Assembly: GCA_026396175.1 (NCBI GenBank) | Contig: JAPLXG010000013.1 | Span: 65,267 to 129,266, forward strand | Direction of reading: 5' to 3' | Length of the DNA: 64,000 nucleotides | From: Candidatus Moraniibacteriota bacterium | Lineage (GTDB): Bacteria > Patescibacteriota > Minisyncoccia > Moranbacterales > UBA2206 | Shown: positions 18,066-26,823 of the stretch, piece by piece | Layout: every line of letters starts with the position of its first letter | How positions within the stretch are numbered: position 1 is the stretch's first letter | Made by a program: the position numbers and the translations under genes | Notes under the pieces: generated by a model | Told to the model about the DNA's origin: nothing | Seen by the model: the letters and a program-made list of their open reading frames with translations, nothing else | Databases searched by the model: none

Positions 18066-18175
18066 ATTATTATCCGATACGAAACTACGAATTGAATCCG
18101 AATCTACGAAAAAAATTCAGTAGCATTTCGTAGAGTTCGTAGATTCGCATATATTTCGTTGTTTCGAATCGGTTA

Positions 18176-19300
18176 TTATTTTTTAAACACGCCCGCCACC
18201 TTTTTGACCACGCTTTTATCCAGCGCTCTTGGAATTATTCTATCACGAGTTGGCTTTTTTACCAAACTGGCAATCGCATAGGCGACTTTAATTTTATGCT
18301 CTTCGGTAATTTTTTTAATTTTATTATCCAACACGCCACGAAAAATTCCCGGAAACGCCAAAACATTGTTAATTTGATTGGCAAAGTCCGAGCGGCCAGT
18401 CGCCACAATGCGCGCGCCACCAGCTTTGGCACGGTCCGGCAAAATTTCCGGAATGGGATTAGCCATCGCAAACACAATTGAATTTTTATTCATCTGCGCG
18501 ATATCTTCTTCCGTGAGAATATTGGGCGCTGAAACGCCAATAAACACGTCCGCGAGATGAAGTGCGTCACGCACATTACCTTTGACATTTTCCGGATTCG
18601 TAATTTTGGCAATTTCCATTTTTGATCCATTAAGCCCACCCGCTCTTTCTCGATAGATTATCCCCATCCGATCGAGCATAATGATATTTTTCGCCCCCGC
18701 TTTAATGAGCAATTTGGCAATCGCCACACCCGCCGCGCCTGTCCCGGAAATGACAATTTTAATTTTTGCTAAATCTTTTTTAACCACTTTCAACGCATTG
18801 ATGAGTCCGGCCAGAACCACAATCGCCGTCCCATGTTGGTCATCGTGGAAAACCGGAATATCCAATTCTTTTTTCAAGCGTTCCTCAATCTCAAAACAAC
18901 GCGGCGCGCAAATATCTTCCAGGTTTATTCCGCCAAAAGTTGGCGCCAGTGCTTTTATTATTTTAATAATCTCCTGCGTATCTTGCGTCGCAAGCACAAT
19001 CGGAATCGCATCCACTCCGGCAAGTTCTTTCATCAGCAAAGCTTTGCCTTCCATCACCGGTAGCGCCGCTTCTGGACCAATATTGCCCAGGCCTAGTACC
19101 GCCGAGCCATCAGAAATCACCGCCACAGTATTTTTGCGAATGGTATATTGAAAAGATAATTTTTTATCCTTGGCAATTGCCTTCGACACTTCCGCCACCC
19201 CCGGAGTATACAAAACCGCCAGATTCTTATCTGTTAATTTAACTTTACTGCAAATTTCAATTTTCCCGCCGATTTTTTTGGAAAGCTTAATTGAATTCAT
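18176..19300 (-). CDS. NAD(P)-dependent malic enzyme (short form)
   Basis: 374 aa. LAVLYTPGVAE, NIGPEAALPVMEGKALL, the Rossmann stretch ISGTGAAGVA, and FAMANPIPE are present. Confidence 0.9.
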   Translation of the reverse strand: MNSIKLSKKIGGKIEICSKVKLTDKNLAVLYTPGVAEVSKAIAKDKKLSFQYTIRKNTVAVISDGSAVLGLGNIGPEAALPVMEGKALLMKELAGVDAIPIVLATQDTQEIIKIIKALAPTFGGINLEDICAPRCFEIEERLKKELDIPVFHDDQHGTAIVVLAGLINALKVVKKDLAKIKIVISGTGAAGVAIAKLLIKAGAKNIIMLDRMGIIYRERAGGLNGSKMEIAKITNPENVKGNVRDALHLADVFIGVSAPNILTEEDIAQMNKNSIVFAMANPIPEILPDRAKAGGARIVATGRSDFANQINNVLAFPGIFRGVLDNKIKKITEEHKIKVAYAIASLVKKPTRDRIIPRALDKSVVKKVAGVFKK

Positions 19301-19408
19301 AAATTATTCTAAGTGCTCTAATTGCCCTAATTATTCTAATGACCCTTTTAATTATACGGCGATTCTATCTCAGGTTAATTAGAACAATTAGACTAATTAG
19401 GTCAATTT

Positions 19409-20332
19409 TTATTTTAACTTAAGCATCTTATACGCCCCATTGGCAGCAATTGCGCCTTCAGCAGTGGCCGTAATAATTTGGCGAAATTTGTTTGATCCCG
19501 TGGTGATGTCGCCGGCGGCAAACACGCCGGAAATATTTGTGCTCATATCCGCGCTAACTTTAATGTAGCCCTGTTCATCAATTTCCACTCCCAGTGTCCT
19601 TGCTAATTCCACGCCTGGCTCAGAACCGATTTCTACAAACACGCCGTCCACATCCAGATGGTTTTTGTCTTCATAGGCTTTATCCAAAACCACGTTTTCC
19701 ACTTTTTGTTCACCTTTAATTTCGATAATATTGGTATTTCGAATCACTTCAATTTTTGGATTGGCCGCCACCTTTTCGAGCCAAATTGGTTCAGCTGGCA
19801 AACGATCTCCGCGATAAATTAGATAGACCTTGGACGCAAAATCAGTGAGCCCCAGTGCCGAAGTGACCGCCGCGTTTCCGCCACCCACCACGCAAATCAC
19901 TTTGCCGCGAAAAAACATCGCGTCACAGGTCGCACAATAAGAAACTCCTTTGCCGGTCAGTTCCTTTTCTCCAGGAATATTCATTTTGCGATACTCCGTT
20001 CCCATCGCCATAATGACAGCGCGTGTTTTGTGCGTATTTTTTCCTGTCTCCACTTCAAACAGATTTTCCGCGTTTTTTTTCACCGACACAACTGATTCGC
20101 TTTGCGCGGTCACCCCAAGACTTTTGGCGTGCTCCACGAAGCGCGAAAGTAAGTCATATCCAGAAACTGAAATGTCCCCCGGCCAATTTTCCAGATTTCT
20201 TATTTCATTGATTTGCCCACCGATCGTCGCGCCCAAAAGCAAATGATTCAGCTTATACCGCGAAGCATAAATCGAAGCCGCCAGTCCCGCTGGTCCAGCA
20301 CCGATAATGATTAAGTCATATGTTTCTTGCAT
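19409..20332 (-). CDS. trxB: thioredoxin-disulfide reductase
   Basis: 307 aa. FAD motif IIGAGPAG, redox-active CATCD, and the NADPH-binding GGGNAA motif. Confidence 0.93.
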   Translation of the reverse strand: MQETYDLIIIGAGPAGLAASIYASRYKLNHLLLGATIGGQINEIRNLENWPGDISVSGYDLLSRFVEHAKSLGVTAQSESVVSVKKNAENLFEVETGKNTHKTRAVIMAMGTEYRKMNIPGEKELTGKGVSYCATCDAMFFRGKVICVVGGGNAAVTSALGLTDFASKVYLIYRGDRLPAEPIWLEKVAANPKIEVIRNTNIIEIKGEQKVENVVLDKAYEDKNHLDVDGVFVEIGSEPGVELARTLGVEIDEQGYIKVSADMSTNISGVFAAGDITTGSNKFRQIITATAEGAIAANGAYKMLKLK

Positions 20333-20349
20333 AATAGTTTATTTACTTC

Positions 20350-20480
20350 GCAGGAGCGGGTTTATAACCCGCTCCTTTTAGTTTACAAGCTGGCTAATTC
20401 TTGATTTTAGTTTTATATGCCCGAATTCTTAAATTTAAAGTCAGTGAACTATGCGAAACGGGTTACAAACCCGTTCCTGC
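20350..20480. repeat. bipartite MITE-like element, family C (copy 1)
   Basis: 5' hairpin gcaggagcgggtttataacccgctcct and 3' hairpin cgaaacgggttacaaacccgttcctgc. The outer 13 bp are inverted repeats of each other. A second copy at 56299-56428 has the same architecture. Confidence 0.55.
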
Positions 20481-20496
20481 AAATACACAAACGACA

Positions 20497-20811
20497 TTAC
20501 GCTTTCTCCAACGCATCCTTCAAAACCTCTTTCGCCTGCATTCCCACAAATTCTTGCACGACTTTTCCGCCTTTGAATATTTTTAGCGCGGGAATCGACA
20601 TAATGGCAAAATCTTGCGCTGTTTTGGAATTTTCATCTACATTAATTTTTCCCACCACTGTCTTACCATCAAGTTCCTTGGCCAGTTCTTCAATGATTGG
20701 TCCCATCGCGAGACATGGTCCGCACCAGGGCGCCCAAAAATCCACCAGCACTACTCCGTCATTTTTCAAAACCTCAGCCTCAAAATTTTGATCCGTAAAT
20801 ACTTTTTCCAT
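20497..20811 (-). CDS. trxA: thioredoxin
   Basis: 104 aa with the WAPWCGPC active site. Confidence 0.95.
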   Translation of the reverse strand: MEKVFTDQNFEAEVLKNDGVVLVDFWAPWCGPCLAMGPIIEELAKELDGKTVVGKINVDENSKTAQDFAIMSIPALKIFKGGKVVQEFVGMQAKEVLKDALEKA

Positions 20812-20878
20812 AAATTTAAAAAATTAAAAATTATATTTGTATATTCGTACATTCGTACAAATTCGTAATTCGTAGAGA

Positions 20879-21592
20879 CTAACTACCAAACCGTCTCTGC
20901 CTCCTCGCATACTCCTCCAGCGCTTCTTCAAATTTTTCTGGCGTAAAATCAGGAAATTTTTCGGGAGAAAAAAATAGTTGCGCATCAGCCGTGTCCCACA
21001 TCATAAACCCGGTGCTATTGTGCGGCTCTCCTCCAGTTCTAATCAAATAATCCACAGCGGGAATCCCCGCGGTCATTAAATTTTCTTTAATTATTTCCGT
21101 TGTGATTTTCACCCCTTTTCCACAACTAGCATTAATTTTTTCGATGGCATAGAGCATTTCGTCCGTTCCGCCATAGGCTAACATAAAATTCAAAATTCTT
21201 TTTCGATAATTTTTAGTTTTTTCAATCACCGCGTAAATTATCTGCTTCAAAGAATCAGGAAATTGCTCCTCCCAGCGTCCGATAAAATTCACTTGCACTT
21301 CATTCTCATGGATTTCATTGCCTTCCAGCATTTTGGTGAAATATTTTTTGTAGATTTCCAAAAGGGCTTTTTTTTCTTCCAGTGGTCGTTTGGTCAAATT
21401 ATCAATTGAAGAACCCCAAATCGACAGGCATTTGATCCCTTTTTTGAGCGAGTAACTGATCAGTTTTTCAAAATTTTCCGCTCCCGCCTCATGCCCCTTC
21501 CACGCTGGCAGTCCCCGCTCCCGCGCCCAACGCCGATTAGCATCAGGAATAATCGCGATATGCCCCGGTAAATTTTCCGCCATATTTTCCAT
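20879..21592 (-). CDS. uppS: isoprenyl transferase (undecaprenyl diphosphate synthase)
   Basis: HIAIIPDANRRWA and the cis-prenyltransferase fold motifs are present. Confidence 0.9.
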   Translation of the reverse strand: MENMAENLPGHIAIIPDANRRWARERGLPAWKGHEAGAENFEKLISYSLKKGIKCLSIWGSSIDNLTKRPLEEKKALLEIYKKYFTKMLEGNEIHENEVQVNFIGRWEEQFPDSLKQIIYAVIEKTKNYRKRILNFMLAYGGTDEMLYAIEKINASCGKGVKITTEIIKENLMTAGIPAVDYLIRTGGEPHNSTGFMMWDTADAQLFFSPEKFPDFTPEKFEEALEEYARRQRRFGS

Positions 21593-21611
21593 AATTCCAA
21601 TAATATTTACT

Positions 21612-22703
21612 TTAAACTTCTCTTTTTATGATATACTCCGCGATGCTCTCCAGGAAATTTTTCGCCTCATTGTTTTTAAACTCAATCTTTTCGAGAGCCA
21701 CCAGAGACTCTGCCACAAATCTTCCTGCCAACCCTTGCGAATACTCCAACGAGCCGGTTTCTCTCACAATCCGGCGAAAAGCCTCCGCCTCTTTCTCGGT
21801 CAAATCTTTTTTTCCAAGCAACCGATTTATCTCTTTGATTTGTTCTTTGGTGCCATTTTTGAGGGCTCTAAAGACCAAAAGCGTCTGCTTCCCTTCTATT
21901 ATATCAGCTCCCACGGATTTGCCTAGCTTTTTCTCATTGCCAAAAACTCCCAAAATATCATCACGAATCTGAAAAGCTTTCCCCACCGGCAACGAATAGG
22001 CGGAAAATGCTTCCAAGAGTTTCCCATTTTTTTTCTGCCCGGCGAGCACTGCTCCCAAATGCAACGGCCCTTCAAAAGTATAGCGCGCTGTTTTGCCTTC
22101 ATGCATCCGCGTGATTTCTTTTTCCGTCGCCGAGCCCTTCGCTCCCATCAAAACATCCAGCATTTCTCCGGGAATAGTTCGCGCCACAATTTTTTGCAAT
22201 TCTCTTAGTGCGTCCAAAATTACCTCCGGTTCAAAATCAATGTCATAGAGAATTTCATCAGCCAGCGCGTGCGCGTAATCACCGGTCGTAATTGCCATCG
22301 AATTGCCGAAATGTGTCGCTTCACTATCTCTCAGTCCCAGTTTTTTGCCCCACTTCTCATAATATTTATGCGCTGTTTCGATTCCATGACGCGTATCATC
22401 CCGATCAATAATATCATCATGAATAAGTAGAAATGCATGCGCCAGTTCTATCGCCGTTGAAGCCTTGATAATTTTTTCACTATCGTTTCCTCCGGCTGCC
22501 AAATAACCATAATAAACCAACGCCGGCCGAATCCTTTTTCCTCCGGAAAGCACGAGCTTTTCAATTATTTTAATGGTTTTTACCAGCAGTGGATCAACTT
22601 TTTCCGCTTGAGCAATTTTCCACAAAAAAAACTCTTTCAAATGAGGATCGAGCCGTTTTTTGTAGGCGGTGAGCATTTCAATGGCTTGCAGCTTGTTTTC
22701 CAT
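21612..22703 (-). CDS. polyprenyl diphosphate synthase (trans-IPPS, IspA/GGPPS family)
   Basis: First aspartate-rich motif LIHDDIIDRDDTRHG and second motif FQIRDDILG. Confidence 0.88.
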   Translation of the reverse strand: MENKLQAIEMLTAYKKRLDPHLKEFFLWKIAQAEKVDPLLVKTIKIIEKLVLSGGKRIRPALVYYGYLAAGGNDSEKIIKASTAIELAHAFLLIHDDIIDRDDTRHGIETAHKYYEKWGKKLGLRDSEATHFGNSMAITTGDYAHALADEILYDIDFEPEVILDALRELQKIVARTIPGEMLDVLMGAKGSATEKEITRMHEGKTARYTFEGPLHLGAVLAGQKKNGKLLEAFSAYSLPVGKAFQIRDDILGVFGNEKKLGKSVGADIIEGKQTLLVFRALKNGTKEQIKEINRLLGKKDLTEKEAEAFRRIVRETGSLEYSQGLAGRFVAESLVALEKIEFKNNEAKNFLESIAEYIIKREV

Positions 22704-22872
22704 TCGTTTAGCGCTTAGGTTTATTTTCCAACTTTCATCTTTATAATATACTAAAAAACCAACCGCTTGTCGAGAAGCTGGATTTTATAAAGACTTCCTT
22801 TGCCCCCCCACTATATTCGTAGATTCGCATTCATTCGTAGATTCGCATCGGTCTTTCGTAGTTTCGAATCGG

Positions 22873-23601
22873 TTATCCTAAGTAATGTTCCAAAGTATAA
22901 ATCCAATTTTCATCATTATTCTCCTCTTGATCGCGCGCACGAACTTTTTCGTTCAAAAGCCATTGGAGGTAATTTCGATCCTTCCCCGCAACATCCGCCA
23001 CGCTCATCCCGATATATTTCCCGAAGTTGAATTTTTTGACCAAAACCGGGCGCGCAGAAACATCCAGCATTTCTTGGATTATTATCGCTTCATCCTTCCC
23101 GCCAGTTAACATTTTTTCAAAATAGAAATCAAACAATCTTTCCAAAACGCGGATATCCCCCAACGCGTCATGCGCCTGGGCATTCGGCACTTCCAAGTCA
23201 TGATAGTAGCGCAAATATTGCAGCGCGTATTTGGGAATTTCTCCGGAAGCGTCAAGATATTGCGCCAATTTGAAAGTATCGATCAAATTTTTCGGTTCCA
23301 GTTTTTCGCGCTTGAGCATCTCTGCGTCAAACCCGGCGTTATGCGCAACCAAAATGTGATCACCGGAAAAAATTTCCGCTAACTTTTTATGCATCGCAGA
23401 GTCTAAAAATAATTCTTTATCCGCCACCATTTTATTCGTGATATGCGCCACCGCCATCGCGTCAATACTAATCGGCACCGGCGGCTTAAAAAGCGCTTCG
23501 TTTTCCGCATCTTGAAATTTATAGGCCACTTGGCATAAACGATCATCCGGCCCAATCCCGGTCGTTTCAGTGTCGAGAAATATCAAATGCGATTTGTTCA
23601 T
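22873..23601 (-). CDS. DEDDh 3'-5' exonuclease (DnaQ-like) with C-terminal helical domain
   Basis: Exo I motif FLDTETTG, Exo II HNAGFDAEML, Exo III HDALGDIRVL. Confidence 0.8.
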   Translation of the reverse strand: MNKSHLIFLDTETTGIGPDDRLCQVAYKFQDAENEALFKPPVPISIDAMAVAHITNKMVADKELFLDSAMHKKLAEIFSGDHILVAHNAGFDAEMLKREKLEPKNLIDTFKLAQYLDASGEIPKYALQYLRYYHDLEVPNAQAHDALGDIRVLERLFDFYFEKMLTGGKDEAIIIQEMLDVSARPVLVKKFNFGKYIGMSVADVAGKDRNYLQWLLNEKVRARDQEENNDENWIYTLEHYLG

Positions 23602-23772
23602 TTATTTTTTGAAAGTTATTTTTTAGTCTACAATGTGTTATGTGATGTCATTTTTTTATTCCTTATTGTAATTTTCTCAATCCGCTTTTTTATTCAAATT
23701 GTAAATAAGTTTTTTTGATTTTGGTTTTGGGCAGAGGGGTAGGGGTGAATGCCCAAAATCAAAAACTCCTTG

Positions 23773-24390
23773 CTACTTCTTTTTTAAAATAATTTTTCCT
23801 CTCGTTTTTCTATTCTCATCGTTTCCGTAAAAGCCACTAATCTCTTTTGGCTTACACTCTTCAAAATTAAGAATGGCAAAGCCACAATGTCCCACAAAAC
23901 CAGTATTTGCTAGGTCTGTTTCTGTCGGGTTATTTGTATATTTATAACCCAAAATCCATTCTTCTTTATTGTTTTGATTTTTTTCAAAATAATTAGAGGA
24001 GCTTTTAAATTTTGATTGATCAAAATTGCCAGAGTATATAAAACCGCCATCTGTCTTTTTGATTTCTATTTTGCCGATTCCTTTGGTATTGTATTGTGAA
24101 TTTTCCCAATCATATTTATAAGAACTAGAATATTCCATTTCCCATTTTCCCGTGATGTCTGGATATTCTTGAAATCCAATGAATATAAATATTTTTTTGA
24201 TTAACCAATGCTTATTCCATAAATATTTTTCGTAAATAAAATTTAGAAAATAAAGAATCAAAAAAATTATAGCCGAGACGATGCTGTATTTCCAGAAATT
24301 TAGCCTGGGAAATCTATTGCTTACTGCATAAAATGCAAAAGTCAATAATACAGATATCGAAACAATTTTTTTCAAATCTAATTTTGTCAT
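23773..24390 (-). CDS. 2TM membrane protein with beta-rich C-terminal domain; candidate effector (Cap15-like/SLATT-like) of the adjacent NTase
   Basis: Start MTKLDLKK at 24390 overlaps the upstream stop (ATGA). Two TM helices (IVSISVLLTFAFYAV, IVSAIIFLILYFLNFI) are followed by a soluble Gly/Tyr/Lys-rich domain of about 125 aa. The region is AT-rich. Confidence 0.55.
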   Translation of the reverse strand: MTKLDLKKIVSISVLLTFAFYAVSNRFPRLNFWKYSIVSAIIFLILYFLNFIYEKYLWNKHWLIKKIFIFIGFQEYPDITGKWEMEYSSSYKYDWENSQYNTKGIGKIEIKKTDGGFIYSGNFDQSKFKSSSNYFEKNQNNKEEWILGYKYTNNPTETDLANTGFVGHCGFAILNFEECKPKEISGFYGNDENRKTRGKIILKKK

Positions 24391-25319
24391 AGCTTTTCTA
24401 AAATAAGACCGGCACTTTTTGAGATAAATATTTTTGCATTGTCTAACCCCCATCCATTTTTAGATAAAAACAGTAAGTCTTGACCATTGGCACATTTATA
24501 ATACTGCAATGATCCATTTTCTGAATCGTTAAGTGTATTTTGCAATACATTAATCACGATGCTTTGATAGCTTCCGTTAAATACGGGAGCAGGACAATTA
24601 TAAATCAGATTTTCAATGAAATATGACGGAGCAAGCTTTGCATCCATTTCATTTTTTTCATTTAGTTTTTTTCTGATATTTTTAAAAATTCTTATTGAAT
24701 CTTTAAATTTACCCTCCGTATCGCGATTGAGAGCTTCACAATTTTTTTTATGTTCTTTTGGATAATTTATAATTAAATCATTTGTTTCTGTGTTGTAAAA
24801 TTTTATGCCAGCTACATATTGATCAGTCGTATAAAAAGTAAAACGCCCATACTTTCTGTGATGAAAGGCAGGAATTACATCAGCATTTACGCGTAAAGTA
24901 TTTTTAGGTATTTTTATGCTTTTTCCCCCATACTCAATGGTCGTTCCCGAAAAATATTTTTGCAAAGAAGCATAAACATCTTTTTTGAATTGAGCGAATT
25001 GATATGCGCTTTTATTTGAGTAAAATGAGTGAAAATCTTTCTTTTCTTCTTCTGTTAATTGGTTTATATCATACGAAAATACAGAATTTAATTCAATCAC
25101 CACATCAACATCGCTATCTTCGGTAATATTTGTGCTATTTGCATATGATCCTTGCAGATAAATTTCATAGTTTTCTGCCTTAATTTCATATCCATGATTA
25201 TTTTTTGCAAATTCCGATAAATAAGCCGCCAAAGCTTTTCTAATTTCTTCGTGGGTGTATTTATATTTTGTTGCAGTTGGCGATGAAGCCCATGATTGTA
25301 GTTGTTGCTCCGATATCAT
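24387..25319 (-). CDS. minimal Pol-beta-superfamily nucleotidyltransferase, SMODS/CD-NTase-like
   Basis: 310 aa. GS-x11-DVDVV (LQGSYANSTNITEDSDVDVVIE) is followed by a third acidic strand (VNADVIPAF). The start overlaps the vsr stop (ATGA). The pairing with a downstream 2TM protein fits CBASS-like modules. Confidence 0.6.
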   Translation of the reverse strand: MISEQQLQSWASSPTATKYKYTHEEIRKALAAYLSEFAKNNHGYEIKAENYEIYLQGSYANSTNITEDSDVDVVIELNSVFSYDINQLTEEEKKDFHSFYSNKSAYQFAQFKKDVYASLQKYFSGTTIEYGGKSIKIPKNTLRVNADVIPAFHHRKYGRFTFYTTDQYVAGIKFYNTETNDLIINYPKEHKKNCEALNRDTEGKFKDSIRIFKNIRKKLNEKNEMDAKLAPSYFIENLIYNCPAPVFNGSYQSIVINVLQNTLNDSENGSLQYYKCANGQDLLFLSKNGWGLDNAKIFISKSAGLILEKL

Positions 25320-25726
25320 ATAGCTCCTTTTATAAATAAACTTAATTTTTCAGCACTTTTGTCAATCCTTTTAAGATCATGCTCCCAAATTCTAAAAATT
25401 TTCCAACCTAATTTTTTATATTGTCTATTAACCTCCTTGTCTCGTTCTTTGTTCCTGTCGATTTTTGTTTCCCAAAATTTTTTTCGAGTTTGAGGCATTG
25501 AACCATGCTTTTTGCATCCGTGCCAAAAACAAGAATCTATAAAAATAACGGTTTTGTGTTTGGGCAAAACAATATCAGGCTTCCCGAAATATTTTGTCGA
25601 ATTTTTACGATAACGAAACCCCGCTTTCCATAATTTTTTCCGAAATTCAATTTCTATCTTACTGTCCTTGCTTCGAACTTTTGACATAATCTCACTGCGT
25701 TTCTTTTTGGAAAAAATATCAGTCAT
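25316..25726 (-). CDS. vsr: very short patch repair endonuclease
   Basis: 136 aa. RSEIMSKVRSKDSKIEI, GKPDIVLPKHKTVIFIDSCFWHGC and WE.K match the Vsr family. Confidence 0.85.
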   Translation of the reverse strand: MTDIFSKKKRSEIMSKVRSKDSKIEIEFRKKLWKAGFRYRKNSTKYFGKPDIVLPKHKTVIFIDSCFWHGCKKHGSMPQTRKKFWETKIDRNKERDKEVNRQYKKLGWKIFRIWEHDLKRIDKSAEKLSLFIKGAI

Positions 25727-25734
25727 GACTGTTT

Positions 25735-26823
25735 TTATTTCAGAAATCTGATTTGTAAATTCAACTTGAAAAACAACTTGCCGTTTTCTTCATACAATTC
25801 ACCATAGCCATATCTGGTCGTGCTTGGTGCGTCAAATTTGGTGTTTTCATACAAATAAGAACGAAATTCATCTCGATTATACAAATGGTAGCATACCACA
25901 TCTCCATTTTCTTTTACCACAATATAGCCTCCTTGCGCTTTCGAAAAACCATCCCATGGTTTGCTGGGCACCATGCCGAGCGCAATCGCATCTAAAAAGT
26001 TTTTTATTTTGTATTCGTAATTCGTGAGCGATAATCCGAATTTTTGTTTCATATCCTCATTTTTGGAAAGCTCTTTTGTTAAATCAGCAACGGTTCTGTG
26101 TGTATTCGAGAAAAAATCCAAAAGCATTTGAGCGATAAATTCCGGCAATGCAGTATCAATCATTTTCATATTGAATTCGAATTGTTCATTTGAAACTCCA
26201 GCATATCTGAAAACCCCGCCCTGTTCCGTGATTTTGCTTACACGATCACGAATTTGCGCATTTGTTTGAATCGCATTAACTTTTGAAAGGTCTCCACTGA
26301 ATTCACTGATTTCATAAATGAAATTTGTTGTTTGTCCCGGGTTTAACAACGTAGAAGCTCCGCCAACCATAGACTTGATGGAAAAACCGAGCATCGGCAT
26401 TGTTTTTGAAATTGTGTCATAAATAATTGCCACCAAATCAGCTTTCTTTGCATTGCTGGCTTTAACTTTTGTGCAAAGCAATTCTTTCATTAATTCTTGC
26501 GCTTCGGGAATATTAAAAGAACGACTTCTTTCGTTTTTTATTTTTTCAAATATTTTCAAAGTTTTTTCCTTGAGTGAGTCATTGTTAAATTCTTTTAACA
26601 ATACGCCTTCCTCGTTGGTTATTAAAACCTTGGTTGCCGACTCAGAAATGTCATAAATTTTAGTTGATTCATCTTTTTCTTCTCTGATAATTTTATGAAA
26701 AACAAAAAACTTACCGTCAATTATTTCAAGATTTTTATCGGCAGCAAAAATCTTTCTTTCCTCTAAAATTTTTAGAAAAGCGTAAAATTCCGACCATTCT
26801 CCTTTGTTATTTCCTGTTTCCAT
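25735..26823 (-). CDS. putative type II restriction endonuclease (HpaII-like size and context)
   Basis: 362 aa with no recognisable motif. It sits between the C5 methyltransferase and vsr, overlapping the methyltransferase gene by 17 nt. The M-R-V arrangement mirrors known HpaII-type cassettes. The call rests on context. Confidence 0.4.
   Translation of the reverse strand: METGNNKGEWSEFYAFLKILEERKIFAADKNLEIIDGKFFVFHKIIREEKDESTKIYDISESATKVLITNEEGVLLKEFNNDSLKEKTLKIFEKIKNERSRSFNIPEAQELMKELLCTKVKASNAKKADLVAIIYDTISKTMPMLGFSIKSMVGGASTLLNPGQTTNFIYEISEFSGDLSKVNAIQTNAQIRDRVSKITEQGGVFRYAGVSNEQFEFNMKMIDTALPEFIAQMLLDFFSNTHRTVADLTKELSKNEDMKQKFGLSLTNYEYKIKNFLDAIALGMVPSKPWDGFSKAQGGYIVVKENGDVVCYHLYNRDEFRSYLYENTKFDAPSTTRYGYGELYEENGKLFFKLNLQIRFLK

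Noticed and set aside
23725-23758. Hairpin ttttgggc-[agaggggtaggggtgaat]-gcccaaaa downstream of the 2TM effector gene as an intrinsic terminator, with possible G-quadruplex in the loop
   Set aside because: The stem is flanked by A/T on both sides, but there is no clean U-run on the transcribed (minus) strand. It may still mark the block boundary, but I could not support a specific call.
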